Notes: a model not told the origin generated them from the sequence alone. Positions 19,181-29,105 are shown, numbered from the stretch's first letter. The stretch: 64,000 bases of DNA from an uncultured Spirochaetota bacterium (GCA_944388995.1 CALXKN010000007.1:4732-68731); one strand, 5' to 3'. A program made the numbers and translations.

Positions 19181-20417
19181 AACGCATCACCTCGCACGGT
19201 TTGACGGCCGTCACGCGCGCCGTCGCCGCTCCGGAAGCCGCCGCCGTTGCCGCCAGACTCAGACCGGCAATGGCCGCCACTTCGGAAAAATCGATTCGGA
19301 TCGGAAGATCGTAAAAAAACCGGAAATCGGGAACAAACCCGCCGGGAAGCGAAAAAAACAGCGATTCGGCAAACAGAATCAGTTCGGAAAAGCGGACCGT
19401 CGCCAGCAGCCCGAGAGAAACGCCGAAAAACACGGCCACCGCTCCCATCAGGATTCCGATAAACAGGAACGAGAGCCGGATTTCGCGCGGCGAAATTCCC
19501 ATCGCCTTGAAAACGGCAATCTCCTTCTGTTTCTCAAAAACCAACCGTTTAATCATGAAATAAAGATTCAAAACGACAACGGCTGCAGCCAGACTGAGTA
19601 AAAACGACATTGCGAATTTTTCGATTCTCAGAGCGCTGAAAAACGAACGGTGAAAATCGCGCCAGCTTTCAATCCGCGCTTCCGGCGGCACAATCTCCGC
19701 CAAAGCCGCCGCCGTCTGTTCGTCGGCAAAACGGTTCTTCAGCTTAATGCCGTAAATCTCCGGGTTGAGTGAAAAACCGGAGCTCAGACTCTCCGACTCG
19801 GTCAGAATCAGAAGCTCGTCAATCTCGCGGAAAGCGGTCTCATAAATGCCGGCGACGGTGAACGCCTGAACCGGCGGCTTTAAAAGCGAAAATTCCGGCG
19901 CGCTCAGCGAAATCAGCTGCAGTTCATCGCCGATCAAAAGTCCCATGTTCAGGGCGACGGCGCGGCTGACAAAAACCGCATTCGGACGGCCGAAAGAGAG
20001 CCGTCCCCTCACCTCGGTCAGCTGCTCCGCCATTCCGGGATCCGTCTCTTTCCAATTTTCGGGGACGGCTCGCAGCAGATAGCCGAAAAAGCGTCCGTTT
20101 TTGCCGATTGCGACGGTTTGGGTTTCGCGGAACGGAATGAGCGAAACCACATTCGGCAGAGCGCGGATTTGCTCCGCCTGCTCTTCACTCAGACAGACAT
20201 TTCCGATTCTCATATGATACGAAGAGACTTCGACAATGGCGTCGATATAGCCGTACTGCAGCCCGTTCATGATGCTGAGAATCAAAATCAGCGCAAAGAT
20301 GCCGCACGCCAGCGTTCCTGTCAGAAGAAGGCTCAGCAGCCGCTTCCCGCGGGAACGACTGCGGAAAAGAATGCGGTAAGCAATGTAGAGCGGACGGAAC
20401 AGCGACGGCCTCTTCAT
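19173..20417 (-). CDS. LolC/LolE-like FtsX-family ABC permease (second copy)
   Basis: 414 aa with the same architecture as 17193-18494. Confidence 0.8.
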   Translation of the reverse strand: MKRPSLFRPLYIAYRILFRSRSRGKRLLSLLLTGTLACGIFALILILSIMNGLQYGYIDAIVEVSSYHMRIGNVCLSEEQAEQIRALPNVVSLIPFRETQTVAIGKNGRFFGYLLRAVPENWKETDPGMAEQLTEVRGRLSFGRPNAVFVSRAVALNMGLLIGDELQLISLSAPEFSLLKPPVQAFTVAGIYETAFREIDELLILTESESLSSGFSLNPEIYGIKLKNRFADEQTAAALAEIVPPEARIESWRDFHRSFFSALRIEKFAMSFLLSLAAAVVVLNLYFMIKRLVFEKQKEIAVFKAMGISPREIRLSFLFIGILMGAVAVFFGVSLGLLATVRFSELILFAESLFFSLPGGFVPDFRFFYDLPIRIDFSEVAAIAGLSLAATAAASGAATARVTAVKPCEVMRYE

Positions 20418-21544
20418 GAATTTCCGCCCTCTTCCGGAGTTTCGCTTTCTTCTGGAGTTTCGCTTTCTTCTGGAGTTTCAGAGGAGGTCTGCGCGGACGA
20501 AGAAGCGCTGAACAGCAGTTCGTTTTCCACTTCAATATTGTCCTTAAAAACGATGCGGATAAAAGGCGCTCCGTTACGGTAAACGGTTTCGGTGTAATCC
20601 TGAGCCGACTCACCGTAAACCAACTCCCTTGTCAGGACTCCGTTGATAAAAACAACGCTTTCGGTCAGCTCTCCCTCATCATCGTATTCGTAAGTGACCC
20701 GTTCCCGGCGGCCGTCAGAGCTGATATATTTTTCCGAAACAAGATTGTCGTCATTGTAGGTGTAATCGATGACGATTTTCGACGGACCGATATAAGTGAC
20801 CTCCCTGACAACGCGGTCTTCTTCATCAAAACTCCGGACGATTTTCTTGTCCTGCGTAAAGTCCTCTTCCACCGCTTCGCCGTTTTCATCCTGTTCCACC
20901 TTCCGGTAGACCAAATCGGTTCCGATCCACTCTTCGGAAGAGGTCAGCTTTCCTTTAAAGTAGTTGTACTGAAACGAATAACCGTTGTAGTTGTGAATTT
21001 GGTTGCGCAAATCGAAGTCCAAAAATCCGTAAACGGAGTATGTGACCCCGCCGTCTTCGTAAGTGTTGGTTGCCCGCAACAGCCGTCCGTTTGAGCCGCG
21101 GGTGTAGGTTGTCGTGTAAATCACCTTCTCGTCGGGAGTTTTGACGACTGTCGAAATGAGATCCCTTCCCGAATAACGGTACTCCCTGATTTCCGAAATT
21201 CTGTTTTCAAAATAAATTTCCTCTTTCACCAGACGGAAGTTTTCGAAATACGACGTCGAAAGCTTTTTGGCGCCGACCAATTCGGTCTCCTGCCACTGTC
21301 CCGGCCGGGCTTTCCGGTTTTCATAAACCCGTTCCCAGCGGCGGATCTCCTTTTGATTCTCGAAAAGCTGGCGGATAACGGCATTATCGAGATCTTCGAC
21401 CGATAAAACGTATTCGAATTCGTCGATTCGGGAAATTCCGATCCGGTTAAAGACCGCTCCCGATTTGTCGGCCCGATAATACGTCGTCTGCGCGGACAGA
21501 GAAAAAGAGAAAAAGATCATCGGCAGCAAAAAAAGACGCTTCAT
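20414..21544 (-). CDS. secreted repeat protein (YwqK/MORN-like internal repeats) with a C-terminal (SETPEE)n tail
   Basis: Signal peptide MKRLFLLPMIFFSFSLSAQ. Repeated Y/E/T-rich beta-hairpin-like units. C-terminus SSETPEESETPEESETPEEGGNS. Confidence 0.5.
   Translation of the reverse strand: MKRLFLLPMIFFSFSLSAQTTYYRADKSGAVFNRIGISRIDEFEYVLSVEDLDNAVIRQLFENQKEIRRWERVYENRKARPGQWQETELVGAKKLSTSYFENFRLVKEEIYFENRISEIREYRYSGRDLISTVVKTPDEKVIYTTTYTRGSNGRLLRATNTYEDGGVTYSVYGFLDFDLRNQIHNYNGYSFQYNYFKGKLTSSEEWIGTDLVYRKVEQDENGEAVEEDFTQDKKIVRSFDEEDRVVREVTYIGPSKIVIDYTYNDDNLVSEKYISSDGRRERVTYEYDDEGELTESVVFINGVLTRELVYGESAQDYTETVYRNGAPFIRIVFKDNIEVENELLFSASSSAQTSSETPEESETPEESETPEEGGNS
20430..20480. repeat. about 2.5 tandem copies of an 18-bp unit (GGAGTTTCGCTTTCTTCT on the plus strand) encoding (SETPEE)n
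   Basis: Direct tandem repetition visible at 20436-20453, 20454-20471, and a partial third copy. Confidence 0.7.
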
Positions 21545-22458
21545 TCTCCCAAAAACCGGTCCAAAAAAAGTTCGGCGTCAAACGGATGAAAATCATCAAG
21601 TCTTTCCCCCGTTCCAGTAAACGCAATCGGAAGCCCGAAACGGCGGCAAATCGCGAACAAATTTCCGCCTTTGGAAAGCGAATCGGTTTTCGTCAGAATG
21701 ACGGCGTCGACGCCGACCGCATCGTTGAAAACCTCCGCCTGACTGACGCTGTTCTGACCCGTCGTCGCATCCAAAACCAAAAACTTCCGCAGACGGTAAT
21801 CGCCGCCTTTCGATTCCAGAATTTTGCTGATTTTTTTCAGCTCCTCAACCAAGTGCGATTTTGTATGCATCCGTCCGGCCGTATCGGCAAGAATCAAGGC
21901 GGCCTTCCTCGCTTTGGCGCTTTCAACCGCATCATAAATCACCGCTCCGGGATCGGATCCGGCTTCATGTCTGACAAGACGCACGCCTAAACGCTCTCCG
22001 TGACGTTCAAGCTGTTCGGCGGCGGCGGCCCGGAACGTATCGCCGGCCGCCAGCACAATACGATCATTGCCGATCTGTTTTCCGTAAAAATGCGCCATTT
22101 TGGCAACCGTTGTCGTTTTTCCGACTCCGTTGACGCCCAAAATCAAACCGACATTCAGGCGGCCGTCCTCCAAGTCGCCGCCGCCGGTAATCAGCGACTC
22201 TCTCAGAATCTCCCGCAGCAAACGGCGGGCCGCGGCTTCATCCTCGGTTTTTCCTGCCTTGACGCGGCGACGCAGCTCTTCGCACACTTCCACCGCGGTT
22301 TTTACGCCGGCATCGCCTTCAACCATTAAATCTTCCAGCTGTCCGTAAAATTCTTCCGAAAGTCCGCCGCCTTTCAGAAACGAAAAAAGCCGGAATCCCT
22401 TTGTCTGCGGCAGATCCTTTTGCCCGTCCGTTGTCTTATTCCGATTGAAAATTCCCAT
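21541..22458 (-). CDS. ftsY: signal recognition particle receptor FtsY
   Basis: SRP-GTPase motifs GVNGVGKTTT, DTAGR and LTKTD. 305-aa short-form FtsY. Confidence 0.9.
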   Translation of the reverse strand: MGIFNRNKTTDGQKDLPQTKGFRLFSFLKGGGLSEEFYGQLEDLMVEGDAGVKTAVEVCEELRRRVKAGKTEDEAAARRLLREILRESLITGGGDLEDGRLNVGLILGVNGVGKTTTVAKMAHFYGKQIGNDRIVLAAGDTFRAAAAEQLERHGERLGVRLVRHEAGSDPGAVIYDAVESAKARKAALILADTAGRMHTKSHLVEELKKISKILESKGGDYRLRKFLVLDATTGQNSVSQAEVFNDAVGVDAVILTKTDSLSKGGNLFAICRRFGLPIAFTGTGERLDDFHPFDAELFLDRFLGE

Positions 22459-22464
22459 AGCGCC

Positions 22465-23919
22465 TCACATATTGTCATAAACTTTGATATAATCAATCAT
22501 ATCGATAATCAGTCCGGCCGCCATCATCGCATCCAGCACAATACTGACCGTAAAAAGCATTGCCATTGATTTGTATCCGAAAATGATCTGCTGACGCTGA
22601 ACGGCGTTGTCCTCGGTGGCGTCGGGAATCGAATTCAAAAAACGCGTCTGATAACCGCTTGACAAAAGCGTCATCGGAATGGAAACCGCCAGACCGGCAA
22701 TGTTAAAGTAAAAATCCTTCCTTTTCTGCTTCAGGTATTCGTCGCGGTTGAACGCCGTCGACTTCAGCACAAAATCGAGATTGGTGTTTCCGTCCGGAGT
22801 CAGCGCCGACACCAAGTCGAGGTAACCGTCTTTTTTCAGCATCAGAGGCTCGTTCAAACCGCCGTTTTCAACCAAAAACGGCGTGGCGCCGACCCAAAGC
22901 GACGACAGATAGATGTCGGCTCCCGGCGGATAGGTATTGACGACGACCGGCGGAACCGTATTGCGGATTAAGGCGACCGAGAGGGTTTTGGTCTCCTTCG
23001 GATTCAGAACCAGTTCCACCTCTTCACCGACATACCCGGGAGCTTCAATGGTCATCACATAGGTTCCCGGCACAATGCTGTTATTGCGGTAGACACCGGA
23101 ACCGCTGTATTTTTCCCCGATCTGAATCGAAGCGGTAATCGGCAGTACCGAAACCGTCAGGTCGGCCCACTCGTGACCGACAATGACCGTAATCAAATCG
23201 TTTAAATGTCCGGCAATTTGTCCTTCAATGATATCGGGCGATCCGCCGCCTTCGGCTTCAAAGACAATCCTGTCCAAAACCGACGAATAAGCTCCCACGC
23301 GGTAATACATATAACCGGCCATCTCTTCCAGCTGCCCGAAAATCAGCAAATCCGCCTTCTTTTCCTCGGCAAACTGCTTCTGCTTATCGGTGACCGGGGC
23401 AAACAGTTCGCTGCTGTCGCTCTCTCTCAGAACGACGATGGCCCGTTCCGGATTGATTTCGATGTCTTGCGGTTTAAATTCCGTCAGAAAACGGATCTTT
23501 TTGTTCAGTTCGTCCCTTTTTTGGAGCAGATCCCATTCCTTTGTCTGCCGCGCGTTCAGAATTGACGGCTTGAAAACCTCAAAATCCAGATCGTCAAACG
23601 ATTTGCGCAGATCAGCCGCCTCTTTCAAAACCGTCTGCCGGGCATTTTCAATGATTTTTTCGGCGTACTTCAACCGTTCTTCTTCGGAAAAAATATGCGT
23701 CTGATAATTCAGGATTGTTGTGTAAATTTTCAGCGGCAGGCTCGAGGCCAAGTAACGGTTTTCCAATGAGATATTCCTCGTATCAAAAAAAGAGACCGCA
23801 ACGTTCCACTCCGCCGTTCCGTCTTTCAGCGAGAGCGTTTCCTCATAATCGACCTCTTCGGCAGACAAGGCGCCGAGCCCCGCGAGGAAAAAAATTCCCG
23901 AAAACAGTAACCGCCGCAT
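22465..23919 (-). CDS. secreted PEGA-domain protein
   Basis: Start taken at MRRLLFSGIFFLAGLGALSA (ATG 23919, adjacent to the prfB stop). C-terminal region with EAPGY and beta-sandwich-like repeats (PEGA-like), followed by a TM segment. Confidence 0.45.
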   Translation of the reverse strand: MRRLLFSGIFFLAGLGALSAEEVDYEETLSLKDGTAEWNVAVSFFDTRNISLENRYLASSLPLKIYTTILNYQTHIFSEEERLKYAEKIIENARQTVLKEAADLRKSFDDLDFEVFKPSILNARQTKEWDLLQKRDELNKKIRFLTEFKPQDIEINPERAIVVLRESDSSELFAPVTDKQKQFAEEKKADLLIFGQLEEMAGYMYYRVGAYSSVLDRIVFEAEGGGSPDIIEGQIAGHLNDLITVIVGHEWADLTVSVLPITASIQIGEKYSGSGVYRNNSIVPGTYVMTIEAPGYVGEEVELVLNPKETKTLSVALIRNTVPPVVVNTYPPGADIYLSSLWVGATPFLVENGGLNEPLMLKKDGYLDLVSALTPDGNTNLDFVLKSTAFNRDEYLKQKRKDFYFNIAGLAVSIPMTLLSSGYQTRFLNSIPDATEDNAVQRQQIIFGYKSMAMLFTVSIVLDAMMAAGLIIDMIDYIKVYDNM

Positions 23920-23921
23920 TC

Positions 23922-25031
23922 TCACCCGGCAGACTCTCCCTTTGCGTCCCATTTCAAAAACGCTTCCATAAATTCGCTGATGTTTCCGTCCATTACGGCC
24001 TGAATATTGCCTTTTTCGTGTTTGGTGCGGTGGTCTTTGACCATCGTGTACGGCTGGAACACATACGAGCGGATTTGATTGCCCCAGGAAATCTCTTTCT
24101 TCTCACCGTTTTGTTTCTCCCGCTCTTCGTCCTGCTCTTTTTTGTAAAGATCGTAAAGCCGCGAACGGAGCATATTCATTGCGGTTGCGCGGTTTTTGAT
24201 CTGACTGCGTTCGTTCTGGCACTGAACGACGATGCCTGTCGGCAAATGGGTGATGCGGACGGCGGAGTCGGTCGTATTGACATGCTGTCCTCCGGCGCCC
24301 GACGAACGGTAAGTATCAATGCGTAAATCTTCGGGACGGATATCGACTTCAATATTTTCATCCATAACGGGAGAGGCAAACACGGATGCAAACGAAGTGT
24401 GGCGGCGCGCGTTGGAATCAAACGGCGAAATGCGCACCAAACGGTGAATGCCGGTCTCGCCTTTCAGGTAACCGTAAGCGTAAAGGCCTTTAATCTGAAC
24501 CGTCACCGATTTCAGGCCTCCCTCCGCCTCCAAAATATCCAGCAGTTCGGTTTTGTAACCGCGCATTTCGGCCCACCGCAGATACATCCGGTAAAGCATG
24601 GAAACCCAATCGCACGCTTCCGTTCCCCCGGCTCCCGAATGGATGGTCAGATACGCGTCCGCCCTGTCAAATTCGCCGTTAAGCAGTTCAATCAGCCGCA
24701 GCTCTTCGTACAACTTTTCGGCATCCGTCAAAGAACGGCTCAACTCTTCCTGCCACGACGGATCGCTGTCGCTCTCCGCCATTTGGAGAAGTTCGGTAAT
24801 GTCATCGTAGTCGCAAAACAGTTTTTTCCAGGACTCGGCGCGTTTTTTCATTGCCGTCAGTTCATTCAGAACCGCTTCGGCCTTCTCCCGATCGTTCCAG
24901 AAGTCGGGCGCGCATGACAGCGCTTCCTTCTCCGCAATTTTCGCTTCCGATGCGGATAAATCAAGATCCCCGCGAATTTCATTAATTTTTATTCCAAGGG
25001 AACGGACCGCCGCTTTGAGATCATCCAGCAC
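23922..25031 (-). CDS. prfB: peptide chain release factor 2, encoded in a single frame (no +1 frameshift site)
   Basis: GGQ motif (SGAGGQHVNTT) and SPF tripeptide (RISPFDS). GTG start preceded by GGTGG. Codons 22-27 read GGG GAT CTT GAT TTA TCC, so there is no CTT TGA shift site. Confidence 0.9.
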   Translation of the reverse strand: MLDDLKAAVRSLGIKINEIRGDLDLSASEAKIAEKEALSCAPDFWNDREKAEAVLNELTAMKKRAESWKKLFCDYDDITELLQMAESDSDPSWQEELSRSLTDAEKLYEELRLIELLNGEFDRADAYLTIHSGAGGTEACDWVSMLYRMYLRWAEMRGYKTELLDILEAEGGLKSVTVQIKGLYAYGYLKGETGIHRLVRISPFDSNARRHTSFASVFASPVMDENIEVDIRPEDLRIDTYRSSGAGGQHVNTTDSAVRITHLPTGIVVQCQNERSQIKNRATAMNMLRSRLYDLYKKEQDEEREKQNGEKKEISWGNQIRSYVFQPYTMVKDHRTKHEKGNIQAVMDGNISEFMEAFLKWDAKGESAG

Positions 25032-25073
25032 AATTCCACCTCGTTTTCAGTTTACCGTATTTCAAAGGAAAAT

Positions 25074-27032
25074 TCAACCGCGGACAACGGATCGGACGAT
25101 ATTCAGAGCGACGCCGAAAAAACAGGACGATTCGGCCTTTAAATCAAACTTCCAGACAACCTTGACGGAAACGTGCTGATACAAGGAACACCTCTTTCCG
25201 TCCGCATCCGTTTCGGCGTAAACCGGCATTACAAAAACGTCGCACGGCGCGCCGAAAAAATTCAAAGTCAGCGCCGTATCATTTGCGCCGTCACTGAGTT
25301 TCAGGCTCTTCGGGCAGCGGAAACGGTGCGCCCGGTCGATCGACGCAGAGTCGTGCGGACCGGAAACTTCTGCCGAACAAAGGGCGCAGTCGCTGAAAGA
25401 CAAATTGAGCTCCGTTCCGAAATAACGGGAGAGGTTTTGATTTCCCGTGCTGTCGAAGCGGTACTCAACGGACACATCGTTACGTTTAAGAATGTAATCC
25501 TTGCTCATTTCGATGTCATCGGGAAGCTGGAGTGAAAACCTCAAAACGCGTTTTGCTTCATTAAACGATTCCGACTTATAGGAAAAATCACTCAAATCGC
25601 ACTGAAAGTCCGCAGGATCCAAAACACCGCCGATCTTTTCGTAATCCTCCGAAAGAATAAAAAAATCCTGAAAACAGGCGGCACCGCGGCGCAAAAACCG
25701 GCCGAATTCGCAGTTTTCATCATAATCACAAAAAGTATTGATGTAGTTGAACGACGACGGCAGGTAATCCAATTCGCGGATCGTCGCTCCTTTCCGGTGA
25801 AACAGGGCAATCAGCGTCGGTCCGTAATGAAAGATTTCAGTTAAGCCGTCGTTGTCGAAGTCGATTTCCCTCACCGCGGCGGCGGTTTTCCGCAAAACCT
25901 TCTCGACAGAAATCAACGCGGTATACGATTTTTGACGCGCGGCCGCATCGAAAACCCCGGCGTCACCGGCTTTTCTCATCGGATAGGCCGCCTGCCCTTC
26001 GGCTAAAACGTCGGCGCACTGCTTTTGTTCGGCTTTCGGAAGGGTTTTCAGATACGATTCAATATAACGGATGCGGTGGTAGATGTGTGCCGCTTCCCGG
26101 TATTTGATCAAAAAATTGCGGAAAGCTCCCCGCCTGAACAATGTTTTGCAGTCGGTGGAATCAAACTGCCGGGAAAAGAGATCATAATTGCGCCGCTGTC
26201 CGTCAAAAAACATTCTGCCGGCACATCCGTCGCCGACGGAAGCGGAAATATAAACCGGTTTCAAGTCTTTTGCTTTTTTGACGGCGGTTCCCGGATGCGC
26301 AAAAAGGAACGAAGCGGCGCCGCACAGTCTGATAAAGCGGGCCATCCACTCGTAATCGCCGGCATTCAGCGTAAACCCGTTTTTAAAAACCGTGACCGTA
26401 TCGTCGCGGCAGGTTGCGCCCAGCCGGCTTAAATTATCAAAATATCCGTCGGCGGGAACCTCGCAAAACGGCTGTGAAAGCGACTCAATCACCGGAAAGA
26501 GGTAGAGCAAATGACCCTGCTCTTCCGTTATAAAAACATTGAACATATCTTTTGCGGAAAATCCGCAGGCGCGGATAACCGAATCATCGATGAATGTGTA
26601 AAGAAAACCCATCGCGTTCAAAATTGACGGAAACGACGCTTCCCAATTACCGTCGTTCAGCCAAAAACCTTTCGGACGGACGCCTTTGCCGACCGAATCC
26701 CTGACGGCTGTGAAGTGTTTTTCGATTTGATACGCACAGCTGCGGCGCGAAATCAGCTGCAGCGGCGGTTCATAGTATCCGCTTGAAAGAAATTCGATTT
26801 GCTTGTGTTTGGAGCAACAGGTCCGCAACTGAAGCAGACACTCAGGGTGCCGTTTTTTCAGCCATGCCGTCAGATTGCCGCTGAAATAAAGCGTTACTTT
26901 GAATTTCGGAAAACGCAGCAACAGTTCGACAAGAGGAACAACAGACTGCCGGTAGAGTTCTTCCGCTTCAGGCTCTTTAAAACAGGGAGGCAAAGAAAAA
27001 TGGAGTCCGACAATCAGAGAAACGCTGCCCAC
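25074..27032 (-). CDS. glycoside hydrolase family 57-like protein (possibly non-catalytic)
   Basis: N-terminal blocks IVGLHFSLP, FPKFKVTLYFSGNLTAWL, KQIEFLSSGYYEPPLQLI and GFWLNDGNW align by eye with GH57 (HNHQP, MKVAIHTSGPLIEWL, GFYEPVL, WLTERVW). Confidence 0.5.
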   Translation of the reverse strand: MGSVSLIVGLHFSLPPCFKEPEAEELYRQSVVPLVELLLRFPKFKVTLYFSGNLTAWLKKRHPECLLQLRTCCSKHKQIEFLSSGYYEPPLQLISRRSCAYQIEKHFTAVRDSVGKGVRPKGFWLNDGNWEASFPSILNAMGFLYTFIDDSVIRACGFSAKDMFNVFITEEQGHLLYLFPVIESLSQPFCEVPADGYFDNLSRLGATCRDDTVTVFKNGFTLNAGDYEWMARFIRLCGAASFLFAHPGTAVKKAKDLKPVYISASVGDGCAGRMFFDGQRRNYDLFSRQFDSTDCKTLFRRGAFRNFLIKYREAAHIYHRIRYIESYLKTLPKAEQKQCADVLAEGQAAYPMRKAGDAGVFDAAARQKSYTALISVEKVLRKTAAAVREIDFDNDGLTEIFHYGPTLIALFHRKGATIRELDYLPSSFNYINTFCDYDENCEFGRFLRRGAACFQDFFILSEDYEKIGGVLDPADFQCDLSDFSYKSESFNEAKRVLRFSLQLPDDIEMSKDYILKRNDVSVEYRFDSTGNQNLSRYFGTELNLSFSDCALCSAEVSGPHDSASIDRAHRFRCPKSLKLSDGANDTALTLNFFGAPCDVFVMPVYAETDADGKRCSLYQHVSVKVVWKFDLKAESSCFFGVALNIVRSVVRG

Positions 27033-27042
27033 ACCCGTTTTC

Positions 27043-27849
27043 CTACTTTATTCTGACAATACAGCGAACGGGACACTTTTCCGCCGCTTTCGCCCGATCT
27101 CCGGAACGGGTATAATCGATTTCCGCCAAAAACCCGTTCATGACAAATCCGCCTTCGGGGGAATTTTTAACGCACAAAGAACACCCCAGACAGCCGACGC
27201 CGCAGTCCGCTTTCGTCTGAACGCCTTTTCCCGGGTGGGAGCACGCTACCGCGTAATCGGCCGACTCGGGAATCATGCGGATGACATTCATCGGACACGC
27301 TTCGACACATTTCCGGCAGGAGACGCACTTTCTCCGGTCGACGACAACCCGCTTCTGTCTGTCCCGGTAAATGGCGTTGACGGGGCAAACTTCCATGCAG
27401 CTGCCGCCTCCGAGACAGCCGTACTTGCATTTTTTCGAACCTTTGTAAAAAAGCGCCCGGCTGTTGCAGTCATCCAACCCGCTGTAAAGAAACTGTCTTT
27501 CCGGGGCGTCCGCCGCAGCGGCGTGGCAGGCAATGAAGGCCTTTTCCGGCTCTGCCTGCGCCTCCACCTTTTGACCCATAATTCCGCCGATTTTCCGCAA
27601 TCCGTCGGCGCTTAAAGACGTACACCGCGTTAAAGGCGCGCCGTTTAAAACAACCGCCTCGGCGTAGGCGGCGCAGCCGGCAAAACCGCAGGCGCCGCAG
27701 TTCGCTCCGGGAAGAATCTCTTCGATTTGCTCAATCCGCTCTTCTTTCGGAACCGACAGGAAACGCGAGGCAAGCGCAATAATAAAGCCGAGCAGAAGTC
27801 CGACGGACAACACGATCATGACGGATGCAAACAGAATCAGAAAACTCAT
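27043..27849 (-). CDS. rnfB: Rnf complex subunit B (Fe-S)
   Basis: N-terminal TM, CGACGFAGC cluster motif, and two 4Fe-4S ferredoxin motifs (CMEVCP and CVEACP). Confidence 0.85.
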   Translation of the reverse strand: MSFLILFASVMIVLSVGLLLGFIIALASRFLSVPKEERIEQIEEILPGANCGACGFAGCAAYAEAVVLNGAPLTRCTSLSADGLRKIGGIMGQKVEAQAEPEKAFIACHAAAADAPERQFLYSGLDDCNSRALFYKGSKKCKYGCLGGGSCMEVCPVNAIYRDRQKRVVVDRRKCVSCRKCVEACPMNVIRMIPESADYAVACSHPGKGVQTKADCGVGCLGCSLCVKNSPEGGFVMNGFLAEIDYTRSGDRAKAAEKCPVRCIVRIK

Positions 27850-27858
27850 ACGCCGACC

Positions 27859-28458
27859 TCACTCTGCCGGAAACAGATTGGCGATCATGGAGCTGCTGAA
27901 CGCCATAAACGCCAAAGCCATGGCTCCGGCCGTAACAAACGCAACCGGCACCCCTTTAAAGGGTTCCGGCACCTTCTCCAACGAAAGCTTCTCCCTTAAA
28001 AACGACATGATGATCAGAACCATCAGGAATCCGATCCCGCCGGACATTCCGGCCACAAGCGATTCCAGCGCTCCGTAATTTTCATCAACCGCAATGATGG
28101 CGATTCCCAAAACCGCGCAGTTGGTGGTAATCAGAGGCAGATAAATTCCCAGCGCTTTGTAGAGCGCCGGAGAAAATTTACGGATAACCAGCTCGACCAA
28201 CTGAACCAAGGAAGCGATCACCAAAATAAAGACAATGGTTTTCAGAAATTCGATTCCCAGCGGCGCCAAAATCCCGTGATAAATCACCCATGTCAGAACC
28301 GATGTGATCGACATGACAAAAATAACGGCAAACCCCATTCCGACCGCCGACTCCCGGTTGCGGGAAACCCCGATAAACGGGCAGAGCCCCATAAATTTCG
28401 ACAGAATGAAGTTATTGACCAGCACAAACGAAAAGAAGATAACAACCAAATTCATCAT
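27859..28458 (-). CDS. rnfA: Rnf complex subunit A
   Basis: About 199-aa polytopic protein. GLCPFIGVS and YLPLITTNCAVLG blocks typical of RnfA/NqrE. Confidence 0.9.
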   Translation of the reverse strand: MMNLVVIFFSFVLVNNFILSKFMGLCPFIGVSRNRESAVGMGFAVIFVMSITSVLTWVIYHGILAPLGIEFLKTIVFILVIASLVQLVELVIRKFSPALYKALGIYLPLITTNCAVLGIAIIAVDENYGALESLVAGMSGGIGFLMVLIIMSFLREKLSLEKVPEPFKGVPVAFVTAGAMALAFMAFSSSMIANLFPAE

Positions 28459-29105
28459 ACGGAAGCTCCTTTCCGCGCATCTTTGCCGGGACGGCTGCGG
28501 TACTGCTTAACGGCATTAATGCCGGCAATCACAAAACCGACAACGAAAAGCGCTCCGGCCGGCGTTGCCAAAACCGAAACCGGCGCTTCGCTCAATCCGG
28601 GAATGACAAAACGGTAAACCGTCGAACCCGATTCCCAAAGCGTCAGCGTTCCCGCTCCCAAAATTTCGCGGATAAACGCAATCAGCATCAGCGAAAGCGT
28701 GAATCCGATTCCCATGCCCAAACCGTCCAAAACCGACGGCAGAAGTCTGTTCTTCCCGGCAAACGCTTCGGCCCGCCCCAAAACGATGCAGTTGACGACA
28801 ATCAGCGGAATGAAAATACCCAGCCCGCTGTACAGTACCGGCGAAAACGCGCGCAGCATCAATTCGACAATCGTGACAAAGGTCGCGATAATGACGATAT
28901 ACCCGGGAATGCGCACCTGATTCGGAATGATTTTTTTCATCAGGCTGATGACGGCGTTGGAGCAAACCAACACGAAGATGACGCCGAGTCCCATGCCGAT
29001 GGCATTGAAAAACTTTCCGGAGACTCCCAACGTCGGGCACAGTCCCAAAAGCAGCATCAGCACCGGATTTTCGCGGAAAATTCCTTTTGTGAGTTCTTTA
29101 ATCAT
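28455..29105 (-). CDS. rnfE: Rnf complex subunit E
   Basis: GLCPTLGVS and IPLIVVNCIVLGRAE blocks (RnfE/NqrD family). Confidence 0.9.
   Translation of the reverse strand: MIKELTKGIFRENPVLMLLLGLCPTLGVSGKFFNAIGMGLGVIFVLVCSNAVISLMKKIIPNQVRIPGYIVIIATFVTIVELMLRAFSPVLYSGLGIFIPLIVVNCIVLGRAEAFAGKNRLLPSVLDGLGMGIGFTLSLMLIAFIREILGAGTLTLWESGSTVYRFVIPGLSEAPVSVLATPAGALFVVGFVIAGINAVKQYRSRPGKDARKGASV

Noticed and set aside
24940-25031. Looked for the programmed +1 frameshift (CTT TGA C) near codon 25 of prfB
   Set aside because: The reading frame is continuous. The corresponding codons read GGG GAT CTT GAT TTA, so this RF2 is encoded without frameshifting, as in a minority of bacteria.
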